Position numbers and translations under genes: made by a program. Of a DNA stretch of 64,000 nt, positions 8,948-17,827 are shown in pieces. Origin of the DNA: a virus. Lineage: Duplodnaviria > Caudoviricetes. How positions within the stretch are numbered: position 1 is the first letter of the stretch; each line of letters opens with the position of its first letter. Below the pieces are notes generated by a model. The model did no database searches. It was not told the DNA's origin and saw only the letters and a list, made by a program, of their open reading frames with translations. The DNA lies in the IMG/VR virus record IMGVR_UViG_3300042402_003952. The stretch is one strand, 5' to 3'.

Positions 8948-10954
8948 ATGGGAAAAAAAGTACTATCTCCATCAGAATTAATAGAACTTCGTGCTCGGCA
9001 AAAAGAAGAGGAAGAAATTTTTGCGGCAAAATTAAAAGAAGAAAATAAATTACAAGAAAAACTTAAAAGAATTTTATCTCCCAGCGATCTTCTAGATCCA
9101 AAACAAGAGTCTGAACCAGTAATAGAAGAAGTAATAGAGTTCATAGAAAAAATAAAAGATCCAATTGAGGTTCTTCATGAAAGAATTGAAGAGGTTTCTT
9201 CGACCATTAAAGAACCAAAGTACTATGATAAAGAAATCTCTCAAGTAAATACAGTAATTGAAGAGATTAAAAAAAGTATTCCAAAGGTCCCAGAAGTAAA
9301 ATATTACGACAGAGAGATTCAATCGATTATTGAAAAATTAGATTCTCTTGATATTCGTTATTACGAATCTGATATACAATTTATTAATGATAGATTAAAC
9401 AAACTTCGTGATTTTGATGTTAGAAACAATAAAGAGATAAGACTTGCTATTAGTAGAATAGTAGAGGATGTTGAAAAGTTTTATGAGTTGGAGATACTTG
9501 ATCCAAAAGAAACTCACAAGTATATTGATCTAATAAAAGAATCTTTTTATAAAAAAGTAGAAGATTTAAAATTACAACTTTCTGAAATTCCAGAAGTTAA
9601 GTATTATGATGATGAATTATTAGAACTCAAAGAAAAGATTGAATCCGTCAGAGTTTCTATTCCAAAAATTCCAGAAATTCCAGAAGTTAAGTATTATGAT
9701 GATGAATTATTAGAACTCAAAGAAAAGATTGAATCCGTCAGAGTTTCTATTCCAAAAATTCCAGAAATTCCAGAAGTTAAGTATTATGATGATGAATTAT
9801 TAGAACTCAAAGAAAAGATTGAATCCGTCAGAGTTTCTATTCCAAAAATTCCAGAAATTCCAGAAGTTAAGTATTATGATGATGAACTAAAGTGTATTAT
9901 TAACACTATTGAAGAAGTTCGTTCTAGTATTCCAGAACTTCCTGAAGTTCGTTATTATGAGAATGAAATTTTTAAATTAGAAGAATCTATTAAAGATGTT
10001 GAGACAAGACTTTCGAAGATTCACTATTATGATGAACAAATTAATGAGTTAAATGAGTCTATAAAAAATGTAGAGAATAAGATTCCGATAGTTCCTAAAT
10101 TTCCAAAAGTTAAGTACTACGATAATGAGATTTCTGAACTTAATAACATTCTTGAGAAAATTAAAAAAGACATTTATCAACTTCAAAAATCTGTTGATAA
10201 TATTGAGATTCCGGAACAAATAGATTGGTCTATTGAAATTGAAAATATTTATGAACAAATAGAAAAACTTAAAGAAGTTCCAGTTATTACAGAAAGCACC
10301 GATCCTCTTATTCCATTAGATCAAAATTTTGTAACTCTTGATGATCTTCAAAGTCACTATAAACTTTTTATCAATCGCATCCAACAACAACTTTCTACTT
10401 TAGGTGGTGGTGGAGAAACGCGATTAGAATTTCTTGATGATATTGATAGAAATACAGCCAAAACAAATAACTATTATCTAAAATATGATGCATCTTTAGA
10501 TAAATGGGTTGGTGACGCTGGAAGTGGAGGTGGTGGAGGAGGTTCTCAGACTTTAGATCAAACACTATTACTTGGCAACACATCATCTCTAGGAATGAAT
10601 GTTGGAATAGTTACTGCAACTTCTTTTGTTTTGAATGGCGGAACTATATCCTCAGGAGTTGTTACAACCACTTCAATATCAGAAACTACAATAGTATCTT
10701 TGAACTCTTCAATTTACAGATCTGCCACATATCAAATACAAATCACTGACGGAACTAATTATAATATGACATCAATCAATGTAATTCATGATGGAACTAC
10801 AACTTATATGACAGAATATGGAACCATCAACCAACCGATTGGAATTGCTACATTCTCAACTGATATTAATTCTGGATCACTAAGACTTCTTGCATATCCT
10901 AGTTCTACTAATAATACAACTTTTAAAGTTATTTTGACCTCAATATCCATATGA
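8948..10954 (+). CDS. Repeat-rich coiled-coil protein (PEVKYYD repeats) with a C-terminal fibre-like beta domain
   Basis: About 10 EVKYYD-like units; Gly linker, then a SATYQIQI..G...INVIHDG.T.Y.TEYG domain; AATAAATA at 8891. Confidence 0.7.
   Translation: MGKKVLSPSELIELRARQKEEEEIFAAKLKEENKLQEKLKRILSPSDLLDPKQESEPVIEEVIEFIEKIKDPIEVLHERIEEVSSTIKEPKYYDKEISQVNTVIEEIKKSIPKVPEVKYYDREIQSIIEKLDSLDIRYYESDIQFINDRLNKLRDFDVRNNKEIRLAISRIVEDVEKFYELEILDPKETHKYIDLIKESFYKKVEDLKLQLSEIPEVKYYDDELLELKEKIESVRVSIPKIPEIPEVKYYDDELLELKEKIESVRVSIPKIPEIPEVKYYDDELLELKEKIESVRVSIPKIPEIPEVKYYDDELKCIINTIEEVRSSIPELPEVRYYENEIFKLEESIKDVETRLSKIHYYDEQINELNESIKNVENKIPIVPKFPKVKYYDNEISELNNILEKIKKDIYQLQKSVDNIEIPEQIDWSIEIENIYEQIEKLKEVPVITESTDPLIPLDQNFVTLDDLQSHYKLFINRIQQQLSTLGGGGETRLEFLDDIDRNTAKTNNYYLKYDASLDKWVGDAGSGGGGGGSQTLDQTLLLGNTSSLGMNVGIVTATSFVLNGGTISSGVVTTTSISETTIVSLNSSIYRSATYQIQITDGTNYNMTSINVIHDGTTTYMTEYGTINQPIGIATFSTDINSGSLRLLAYPSSTNNTTFKVILTSISI
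9584..9886 (+). repeat. Perfect 90-bp tandem repeat, about 3.4 copies
   Basis: Identical units start at 9584, 9674 and 9764, with a partial unit at 9854. Confidence 0.95.
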
Positions 10955-11106
10955 AAACTTTCAAACAGTTTCAAGAAGAGTGGAGTAATAAATATAAAAA
11001 GAGTATTGACTGCTCAAATCCAAAAGGATTTTCTCAACGTGCTCACTGTGCAGCGAGAAGGAAAAGAGCGAAAGGTGAAGAGACTAAATCAAACCCAGTT
11101 GAGTAA
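10951..11106 (+). CDS. Small basic protein (51 aa) with a capsid-targeting-like N-terminus; not in the ORF track
   Basis: MKTFKQFQEEWSNKYKKSIDCSNPKGFSQRAHCAARRKRA...; overlaps both neighbouring genes. Confidence 0.8.
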   Translation: MKTFKQFQEEWSNKYKKSIDCSNPKGFSQRAHCAARRKRAKGEETKSNPVE

Positions 11107-12947
11107 TGCCCAAGATCAAACCACACAAAACAGTTGAGCAAATTGCAAAAAAGCATCGTCTTGATGTTTCTTTCATACAAAAGCAGCTTGATATGGGGGA
11201 ACCTATTGAACATGAGCACACTCAAGATCATGAACTTGCAATGTATATTGCTCTCCAGCATCTTGATGAAATTCCAGATTATTACACTCGTTTGAAAAAA
11301 ATGGAAGCAGATGCTAAAAAGCACCATAAAAAATTTAAGGATGTAAATGTAAACGAAGAAGGTCTTCGTGATTGGTTTGGCAAATCAAAATCAAAAGATA
11401 AAAAACCGGGTTGGGTTGATGTTGTAGATGGTGATGCTTGTGCCAGAGAAGAAGGGGAAACTGCTACTCCAAAATGCGTTTCATCCGAAAAACGTGCTTC
11501 AATGAGTAAAGCAGAAAGACTTGCCGCACAAGCAGCAAAAAGAAGAGAAGATCCAAATCAACCGCAAAAATCTAGCGCCGCTAAACCAACTATGGTAAGA
11601 ACAGATAGAAAAACAAGGAAAGAGGAAATGGATTTGCAAGAAGTCAAAGACAAACCAGGTAAAGGTAGTGGTAAAAAAGATGTTTGTTATCACAAAGTAA
11701 AGTCAAGGTATAGCGTTTGGCCAAGTGCATATGCGTCGGGAGCATTGGTCAAGTGCCGTAAAGTTGGTGCAGATAACTGGGGAATTAAATCAGAAGCAAC
11801 TGAAGAGCAAAGATATTGTCCATTATGCGACAAAAGAGAAACTAGATCTGAATGTTCTTATGGTGGAAAAGCATGGGATAAAGTTTCCATCAAAGATCAT
11901 GAATATTCAATGGCAAGATCTGAACTAAAAACTATTGCCGATGCCGTAAAGAGACTTCAGATGAAGGTAGGAAAGGGTGAAGGAGATCTTGAAGCATGGG
12001 TTCAATCAAAAATTACCAAAGCTGCAGACTATATTGATACTGCAGCAGACTATGTTGCGAGTGGAGAAATGGACGAAAGTGTTTCTAAAGAACCAAAATT
12101 AAAACCAAAATCTGGACTTGGTGGAGGAAATCCAACATATCCGCCAGGAAAAGATCCAAAACCGACAGGTGCAAAACTTCCAAAAATAAGAGAAGAAAAA
12201 TTAGTAGATAAAATTACTAAAGAAATTCTTGATGAAAAATGTTGGACTGGATATAAAAGAAAAAAAGGAACTACTAAATTTGAAAAGGGTTCTTGCGTAA
12301 AATCAGAAAATGTTACTATTGAAGATGCAAATGGAAATGCATTTGCAGAAGTTGTTGATATTATTAAACCCGAACCAATTAAAGGATTTAAATCTCAAGT
12401 AGATGAGGCGACAAGACTTCAGGCACAAACTGGAAACGTAATTGCAGTTACTTTAAATTGGAGAGGAAAATATTATTCACTTAGAATGTTTTTTCCTCAA
12501 GTAAAACTTCCAACTCGTAAAGAAATTAATGCCGAACTTCAAAAAGTTTATCCCGGATCAATAGTTGTTTATCATTCAGTTTCTGAAATTCAACCAGGAC
12601 AACCATTGATTCAAACATTTGGTCCTCAAGGTGGAAGTTCTGCTAAACTAGGTTCAAATAAAAATTATGTAAAACCTATGGGAATGATGGGTGAAGAAGT
12701 TGAGGTTGATGAAGATTGGCAGAAAGTCAATCGTCAAGATAGAACTGATGGTTTGAGTTCTGCTGCAGTTAAAGCATATCGTCGTGAAAATCCAGGTTCA
12801 AAACTCAAAACTGCCGTTACCACACCTCCTTCAGAATTAAAACCAGGTTCGGCAGACTGGAAAAGGAGAAGAGATTTCTGTAATCGTTCTAGAAGTTGGA
12901 CTGGAGAAAGAGGTAAGGCAGCACGTAAACGTTGGAATTGTAACTAA
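11106..12947 (+). CDS. Multi-module putative internal head protein (DUF5661-like N-terminal module and several Cys micro-domains)
   Basis: MGEPIEHEH...IALQHLDEIPDYYTRL, EGLRDWF..GWV, VWPSAYASGALVKCRK, LEAWVQSKITKAADY, CWTGY, AYRRENPGSKL modules. Confidence 0.7.
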   Translation: MPKIKPHKTVEQIAKKHRLDVSFIQKQLDMGEPIEHEHTQDHELAMYIALQHLDEIPDYYTRLKKMEADAKKHHKKFKDVNVNEEGLRDWFGKSKSKDKKPGWVDVVDGDACAREEGETATPKCVSSEKRASMSKAERLAAQAAKRREDPNQPQKSSAAKPTMVRTDRKTRKEEMDLQEVKDKPGKGSGKKDVCYHKVKSRYSVWPSAYASGALVKCRKVGADNWGIKSEATEEQRYCPLCDKRETRSECSYGGKAWDKVSIKDHEYSMARSELKTIADAVKRLQMKVGKGEGDLEAWVQSKITKAADYIDTAADYVASGEMDESVSKEPKLKPKSGLGGGNPTYPPGKDPKPTGAKLPKIREEKLVDKITKEILDEKCWTGYKRKKGTTKFEKGSCVKSENVTIEDANGNAFAEVVDIIKPEPIKGFKSQVDEATRLQAQTGNVIAVTLNWRGKYYSLRMFFPQVKLPTRKEINAELQKVYPGSIVVYHSVSEIQPGQPLIQTFGPQGGSSAKLGSNKNYVKPMGMMGEEVEVDEDWQKVNRQDRTDGLSSAAVKAYRRENPGSKLKTAVTTPPSELKPGSADWKRRRDFCNRSRSWTGERGKAARKRWNCN

Positions 12948-12963
12948 TCAATAGGTCTTTATT

Positions 12964-14613
12964 ATGCCAAATAATGATGTATATCTTGGTAATCCTTTAT
13001 TAAAAAAGGCAAACACTACTCACGAATTTACAGAAGAACAGGTTCTTGAGATTGTCAAGTGCATGAATGACCCTGTTTATTTTGCCAATAATTATGTAAA
13101 AATTGTTACTCTAGATCATGGTTTACAGACATTCAAACCATATGATTTCCAAGAGAAGTTAATTAATAACTTCCATAAGCATAGATTTAATATCTGCAAG
13201 ATGCCACGGCAGACTGGAAAATCAACCACTGTTGTATCTTTCCTGCTCCATTATGCAGTCTTTAATGACAATGTTAATATAGGTATCCTAGCAAACAAAG
13301 CAGCAACAGCCAGGGAGCTCCTGGATAGGTTACAGACTGCTTATGAGAATCTACCGAAGTGGATGCAGCAAGGTATTATCTCCTGGAATAAAGGATCGCT
13401 TGAACTTGAGAATGGTTCTAAGATTTTAGCAGCATCAACATCTGCATCTGCTGTCCGAGGAATGTCATTCAACATTCTATTCTTGGACGAATTTGCGTTC
13501 GTTCCAAATCATATTGCAGACTCTTTCTTTGCATCTGTTTATCCTACTATTACATCAGGTAAACAAACAAAAGTTATTATAGTCTCTACTCCACACGGTA
13601 TGAATCATTTCTACCGAATGTGGCATGATGCTGAGAAAGGAAAAAATGAATATGTTTTTACCGATGTTCATTGGAGTGAAGTTCCTGGTCGTGACGAAGA
13701 GTGGAAAAAGCAAACGATTGCGAATACGTCAGATCAACAATTTAAGGTTGAGTTTGAATGCGAATTCTTAGGTTCTGTTGATACACTCATTGCACCATCT
13801 AAACTCAGAACACTCGTGTATGACCATCCCAAGACACGTAGCGCAGGTTTAGATGTCTATGAGGATCCAATTGAGAATCACGACTATTTAATCACTGTAG
13901 ACGTTGCTAGAGGCGTTGGAAACGACTACTCAGCATTTACTGTTGTGGACATAACGCAGTTTCCACATAAAGTCGTTGCAAAATATAGAAACAACGAAAT
14001 CAAACCAATGCTTTTTCCAAGCATTATTCATGAGGTTGCAAAAAGTTATAATGATTCTTATGTTTTATGTGAGGTAAACGACGTGGGTGATCAAGTAGCA
14101 TCCATTCTTCAATATGATTTGGAATATAATAATTTACTCATGTGTTCTATGAGAGGTAGAGCAGGTCAAATTGTGGGTCAAGGATTTTCTGGAAAGAAAA
14201 CTCAACTTGGTGTAAAGATGTCTAAAACTGTTAAAAAGGTTGGATGTCTAAACTTAAAAACAATGATTGAAGAGAACAAGTTGTTTTTAAATGACTATGA
14301 AATCATTGCAGAACTTACAACATTCATCCAGAAACACAATTCATTTGAAGCTGAAGAAGGATGCAATGATGACTTGGCAATGTGCTTGGTGATCTATGCA
14401 TGGTTAGTTGCACAAGACTATTTTAAAGAACTTACAGATCAGGATGTTAGAAAAAGATTATATGAGGAACAAAAAAATCAAATAGAACAAGATATGGCAC
14501 CATTTGGTTTTGTTTCTGATGGATTAAATGAAGGTAGTTTTATTGATGCTGATGGTGACAGGTGGTTTGTAGATGAATATGGCGATAGATCTTACATGTG
14601 GGAATATATGTGA
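12964..14613 (+). CDS. gp17: Terminase large subunit
   Basis: Walker A PRQTGKST, Walker B ILFLDEFAF, STPHG, nuclease motifs DVARG and DD..M. Confidence 0.98.
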   Translation: MPNNDVYLGNPLLKKANTTHEFTEEQVLEIVKCMNDPVYFANNYVKIVTLDHGLQTFKPYDFQEKLINNFHKHRFNICKMPRQTGKSTTVVSFLLHYAVFNDNVNIGILANKAATARELLDRLQTAYENLPKWMQQGIISWNKGSLELENGSKILAASTSASAVRGMSFNILFLDEFAFVPNHIADSFFASVYPTITSGKQTKVIIVSTPHGMNHFYRMWHDAEKGKNEYVFTDVHWSEVPGRDEEWKKQTIANTSDQQFKVEFECEFLGSVDTLIAPSKLRTLVYDHPKTRSAGLDVYEDPIENHDYLITVDVARGVGNDYSAFTVVDITQFPHKVVAKYRNNEIKPMLFPSIIHEVAKSYNDSYVLCEVNDVGDQVASILQYDLEYNNLLMCSMRGRAGQIVGQGFSGKKTQLGVKMSKTVKKVGCLNLKTMIEENKLFLNDYEIIAELTTFIQKHNSFEAEEGCNDDLAMCLVIYAWLVAQDYFKELTDQDVRKRLYEEQKNQIEQDMAPFGFVSDGLNEGSFIDADGDRWFVDEYGDRSYMWEYM

Positions 14614-14843
14614 TGGATTTAGATAAACAAATCAAACTAGGACATTTATTGCTTACAGATAGAAGATGTAGAAAATGTGGAGAAATCAAAAACTTAATTG
14701 AAAACTTTTACAGAACAAGAAAGGATAAAGGTCCGGTTTTATCCTCATACTCATATGAGTGTAAAGAATGTTCTATAAAAAGAATAGTTTGTAATAGGAT
14801 GACAACAAAAGTTTTTGATAAATGGGAGTATCCAGACTGGTAA
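14613..14843 (+). CDS. Small zinc-binding protein (CxxC...CxxC)
   Basis: CRKCGEIK.L..FY...YECKEC; TGATG overlap with gp17. Confidence 0.7.
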   Translation: MDLDKQIKLGHLLLTDRRCRKCGEIKNLIENFYRTRKDKGPVLSSYSYECKECSIKRIVCNRMTTKVFDKWEYPDW

Positions 14844-14865
14844 ATATATTAACGTCTTGTTTTCG

Positions 14866-14923
14866 TCTTCGTAAAGTATCTTTTTAATAAATATTTTGTA
14901 GATAAACTGAGACTTTACGGAGA
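14866..14923 (+). promoter_or_regulatory. Hairpin enclosing a late promoter and sequestering the gp18 RBS
   Basis: tcttcgtaaagtatc (14866-80) pairs with gagactttacggaga (14909-23); AATAAATA at 14886 lies in the loop; GGAG lies in the 3' arm. Confidence 0.6.
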
Positions 14924-14928
14924 AAAAC

Positions 14929-17115
14929 ATGGCGACTCCTCAATTATCTCCAGGCGTACTCGTCAGAGAGGTTGATTTAACTGTCGGGAGAGCTGATAAT
15001 GTTTTAGATAATATTGGAGCAATTGCGGGTCCTTTTGCAATTGGTCCTATTGAACAGGCGATTGATATTACTACCGAGCAAGATTTAATTAACGTTTTCG
15101 GAAGACCAATTTCAACCGATGCTCAATATGAGTATTGGATGAGTGCATCATCATATCTTTCATATGGTGGCGTATTAAAAGTAGTAAGAGTTGATGGAAG
15201 CTCACTAAACACCGCAAATGCGGGTGTTGGCATCGCTTCTACTACTTCGCTAAAAATCAAGAACTACGAAAACTATAACTCATCATATTCTACTGCAACT
15301 AATTTCACATTTGCAGCAAAAACTCCAGGTTCTTGGGCAAATGGTCTGAAAGTTTGTGTTATCGATGATTTAGCTGACCAAAGAATTGGAGTTTCTACAA
15401 CCAATCTTTCAACTCTTGGAGCAGTTGTTGGATATGGCGTCACCGCCGCAATCACCAATGCTGTTTTGCCGGGTGCAGGATCAACTTCAACATTCAATGG
15501 TTATTTGAAAGGTATTATTACTGGAGTGTCAACTGATGCTACAAACGGTAATAGCATAATTGATGTTAAAATTCTATCTAGAGTTTCTGCAGCAGGAACT
15601 GAGACAAGCATCACTTATGCTCAAGGAAATGGAGTTGCTTCCTTTGAAGCGACTGACTCACTAACATTCGTAAACAACTCTGGAATTAATACAGGTTCAT
15701 CTGCATCAGCAGTTACTATAGTAGATTGGTACGATCAACAGACACTCGGATTAACAAATTCGGTTATTTTCTGGAAGTCAATTGCACCCAAACCAATCTC
15801 TAATAACTATGCAGCTCAGAGAAATGGTAAAAATGATGCACTTCACGTTGTAGTTATTGACGACAAGGGATCTATTACTGGTGTTCAAGGAAATATTCTT
15901 GAAAAGCATCTGAGTCTTTCAAAAGCAGCAGATGCAGTATCCTCAGTCAATTCTCCACAAAAAATCTGGTACAAGAACTATCTTGCAGATTTCTCCAACA
16001 ACATTTATGCTGGATATAATCCATCACTTGCAAATGATTCCGTTTGGGGAACAGTTCCAGTTCCAACAGGATTCTCCGCATCTTATACCAAGTATACAAC
16101 TGGTGAAGGTCTATGGGGACAAAATGCACAGAATATAACTTATAGTGCAATTGGAAACGTAAGCTACACTTTAGGGGGTGGTGTTGATTATTCTGCAAAT
16201 GGCGGAATGACTGCTACTCTTGGTAGTCTTTCGACGGCATATGATCTATTTGCAAATAAGGATGAAATTCAAGTTGATTTCTTAATTAATGGACCTGGAC
16301 TTTCTGAAGAATCTGAGTCGCAAGCAAAAGCAAATAAGTTGATTTCTATTGCAGAAGGCAGAAAGGACTGTATTGCTGTTGTTTCTCCACACCGAGCAAA
16401 TGTAGTTGACCTAACAAATACAACTACTCAGACAACCAACGTCATTAGATTCTTCAGTGCATTGTCATCTTCATCGTATACAGTTTTTGATAGTGGGTAT
16501 AAGTACACCTACGATAGATTCAATAATCTCTTTAGATATATTCCTTGCAATGCTGATATTGCAGGTTTGATGATGAGAACAAACATTAACTCTTTCCCAT
16601 GGTACTCACCCGCTGGACAGCAAAGAGGTGTTCTCAACAATGCAATTAAACTTGCATATAATCCATCTAAACCACAAAGAGATTTACTCTATACCTCAAG
16701 AGTTAATGCAATTATTAGTCAACCTGGAATTGGCATTTATCTATTCGGCGACAAGACTGCACTTGCTTATGCATCAGCATTTGATCGCATTAATGTTCGC
16801 AGACTGTTCCTAACAGTAGAACAGGCACTCGAAAGAGCATCTCAAGCACAACTGTTTGAACTTAATGATCAAGTCACCAGATCAAACTTCGTAAATATTG
16901 TTGAACCATATCTCCGTGATGTTCAGGCAAAGAGAGGTCTTTTTGATTTCTTAGTTGTATGTGATGAGACAAATAACACTCCAGATGTAATTGACAATAA
17001 TGAGTTTAGGGCAGACATCTTCCTCAAACCAACTAAATCAATTAACTACGTTACACTGACTTTTGTAGCCACACGTACTGGCATAAGTTTTGAAGAAGTT
17101 GCTGGTAGAGTTTAA
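14929..17115 (+). CDS. gp18: Tail sheath protein
   Basis: SPGV.VREVDLT, WYSPAG.QRG, SAFDRINVRRLF, IFLKP.KSINY..L.FVATRTG..FEEV. Confidence 0.98.
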   Translation: MATPQLSPGVLVREVDLTVGRADNVLDNIGAIAGPFAIGPIEQAIDITTEQDLINVFGRPISTDAQYEYWMSASSYLSYGGVLKVVRVDGSSLNTANAGVGIASTTSLKIKNYENYNSSYSTATNFTFAAKTPGSWANGLKVCVIDDLADQRIGVSTTNLSTLGAVVGYGVTAAITNAVLPGAGSTSTFNGYLKGIITGVSTDATNGNSIIDVKILSRVSAAGTETSITYAQGNGVASFEATDSLTFVNNSGINTGSSASAVTIVDWYDQQTLGLTNSVIFWKSIAPKPISNNYAAQRNGKNDALHVVVIDDKGSITGVQGNILEKHLSLSKAADAVSSVNSPQKIWYKNYLADFSNNIYAGYNPSLANDSVWGTVPVPTGFSASYTKYTTGEGLWGQNAQNITYSAIGNVSYTLGGGVDYSANGGMTATLGSLSTAYDLFANKDEIQVDFLINGPGLSEESESQAKANKLISIAEGRKDCIAVVSPHRANVVDLTNTTTQTTNVIRFFSALSSSSYTVFDSGYKYTYDRFNNLFRYIPCNADIAGLMMRTNINSFPWYSPAGQQRGVLNNAIKLAYNPSKPQRDLLYTSRVNAIISQPGIGIYLFGDKTALAYASAFDRINVRRLFLTVEQALERASQAQLFELNDQVTRSNFVNIVEPYLRDVQAKRGLFDFLVVCDETNNTPDVIDNNEFRADIFLKPTKSINYVTLTFVATRTGISFEEVAGRV

Positions 17116-17150
17116 TTAACTTAAATTAATCACAAAAGGAGGAACTAAAA

Positions 17151-17795
17151 ATGTCTACTTTAAGAACAATCTCTGGATTCAAAGAAAGACTTGCTGGTGG
17201 TGGTGCAAGACCTAATCTATTTGAAGTTGAAATTCCATCTTTTCCAGATCCAATTCAAAATTTTTGGAAAACTGGTGCAGCAAATGAAATAGAAACGTTC
17301 AAGTTTTTGTGCAAAACAGCACAACTTCCAGCATCAAACGTTGCTCCAATCGATGTTCCTTTTAGAGGAAGAATTCTAAAAGTTGCTGGAGATAGAACCT
17401 TTGATGCTTGGACTGTTACTATTATTAATGATGAGGACTTCCAGCTAAGAACTGCATTTGAAAAGTGGATGAACCATATCAGTAAATTGGACAACAACAG
17501 TGGTGCAACAAATCCAGGTTCTTATATGACCGATGCATTTGTTCATCAACTTGGGAGAGGGTATGACAAAGGAAGATTCTCGGACAGAAACAATGGTGGA
17601 GCAGCTCTTCCATCAATTCCAACAAAACCACTAAGAACATATAAATTCTTTGATATTTTCCCAACTAATGTTTCGCCAATTGATCTTTCATATGATTCTT
17701 CAGACGCCATTGAGGAATATACAGTTGAATTCCAAGTTCAATACTGGACTGCTGGTAATGGTGATCAAACCGGCGGTACCGGAGTAATTAACTGA
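17151..17795 (+). CDS. gp19: Tail tube protein
   Basis: GGARPNLFEV, VPFRGR.LKVAGDRTF..W.VT.IND, IEEYTVEFQVQYW. Confidence 0.97.
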   Translation: MSTLRTISGFKERLAGGGARPNLFEVEIPSFPDPIQNFWKTGAANEIETFKFLCKTAQLPASNVAPIDVPFRGRILKVAGDRTFDAWTVTIINDEDFQLRTAFEKWMNHISKLDNNSGATNPGSYMTDAFVHQLGRGYDKGRFSDRNNGGAALPSIPTKPLRTYKFFDIFPTNVSPIDLSYDSSDAIEEYTVEFQVQYWTAGNGDQTGGTGVIN

Positions 17796-17827
17796 TAAAT
17801 AATTTATCATAAAGTTCAAAATTAATA

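Noticed and set aside
9584-9886. Tandem repeat as a possible CRISPR array
   Set aside because: The units are contiguous, in frame and have no unique spacers; it is a coding repeat.
17793-17809. Palindrome tgataaat-a-atttatca over the gp20 late promoter
   Set aside because: It has a one-nt loop and is all AT, so it cannot form an RNA hairpin, and the reverse strand does not give a TAAATA motif. Likely chance or minor.
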